From contig NC_086108.1 of the NCBI RefSeq assembly GCF_963921235.1, forward strand, positions 4,526,001-4,590,000: a stretch of 64,000 nt of DNA, given 5' to 3'. Made by a program: the position numbers and the translations under genes. Below, one piece after another: positions 62,966 through 64,000 of this stretch. The notes under the pieces were generated by a model. That model was given only the letters and a program-made list of their open reading frames with translations. It was not told the origin of the DNA and ran no database searches. The stretch comes from Mobula hypostoma (lineage: Eukaryota). Every line of letters starts with the position of its first letter. Position 1 is the stretch's first letter.

Positions 62966-64000
62966 TTCATACTGGTATTTTACAATGACAAACCTGCCCC
63001 CACCAGTGCCTACATTTCTGTGTCCCTGTGTTGTACACCACCTTTTCGCTGTCAGTACTGTTGCTAACAATATCAGTGAAATGTTGCCTATCATAGGGAC
63101 AGGGCCAAACAGCCCCTTTCCGTGTCGTGTGTGAAATGTTTTCTGTGTGGCGTTATTCCGGATTACTATCTTCCTACCCACACCTCAGCGTGGCCGTGGA
63201 ACATGCGTCTTTTCCCAATTTGTGACAGGTAGGTGGGGTCGTCAGCGGTTTGAATGAAGAACCATTTTCCGTCACATTTGTACTGATAATAATCTCTTTG
63301 CATTCAATCACCCGGTGAATTAACTCTTTATTGACCGCAGGACCACCTCACTGACAGGAATGGCTCCAACTTGTCACCAGTCCGGGCCTGGCATAAACCC
63401 TGAGGTAAACGGCTCACACCAACGGATAACTCCTGGTGAGTTGCAGGTTGAGAACTCTGCTCATGCCTGAGGAGGAAGGAGCTCCGAATGGATCGTTCTC
63501 TGCTCAGACCCCAGTCTCATTTCCGTCTCCTTCGGACTCCTGAGGACACGTCTCCCCAAGTCCCTGAAATTGGCCGCACAGGTTGACAGCATGTTAAAGA
63601 AGGCATACACCATGGTTGGTTTGTTTGTCGAGGCTTTGAATACATAAGTCAGCAAGTTGTACTGTGCAAAAGTTCCCACATAAAGTATATAGCTGGGGTG
63701 CTTACGACTTCGACACAGTACTGTAGTCATTTTATGTGCTGCCACCGCTGCAAAAAACGAATTTCATGATGTGTGAGTGACGATAAACCTGATTCTGATC
63801 TGGGTCTCTATTGCGGACTGAGAGTGGGAAGGGACAGGGAGAGGGGAATCACGATTGGGAAAAGGGGAAGGGAGAGGGAAGGAAGCAGGGAGCACCAGAG
63901 ACGTTCTGTAATGATCAATAAACCAAATAACCTTGCCTGGTGTCTCAGGGCTGGGTGTGTCTGCACCCACCCCCACCATCCCCCTCGCCCTGGCACGCCT

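Overview
Repeat-dense vertebrate genomic DNA, most likely a cartilaginous fish (shark or ray; inferred from the repeat landscape, not from a search). The only recognisable host gene is the 3' part of DPF1 (neuro-d4/BAF45b): four + strand GT-AG coding exons (6385-6513, 17408-17520, 22515-22596, 28896-28966) that splice in frame into the double PHD finger and the C-terminus ...[11 protein letters not shown]. The rest is CR1 LINEs, Rex1/Babar-type LINE 3' ends, RTE-type and tRNA/V-SINEs, Penelope-like termini, a probable Chapaev3 foldback, a Tc1 remnant, a two-LTR but defective Gypsy element with a PNMA-like Gag (52951-59641), and many minisatellites, several of which grew out of LINE sequence. 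The most notable items are: (1) a TSD-flanked ~220-bp Penelope-type mini-element with an intact minimal hammerhead ribozyme core on the sense strand of the last DPF1 intron; (2) LINE-born tandem arrays with higher-order structure or shared across loci; (3) a 23-nt tRNA-Pro primer-binding site. I found no clearly new multi-gene system. Repeat boundaries are approximate unless a TSD or terminus is quoted, and all alignments were done by eye.
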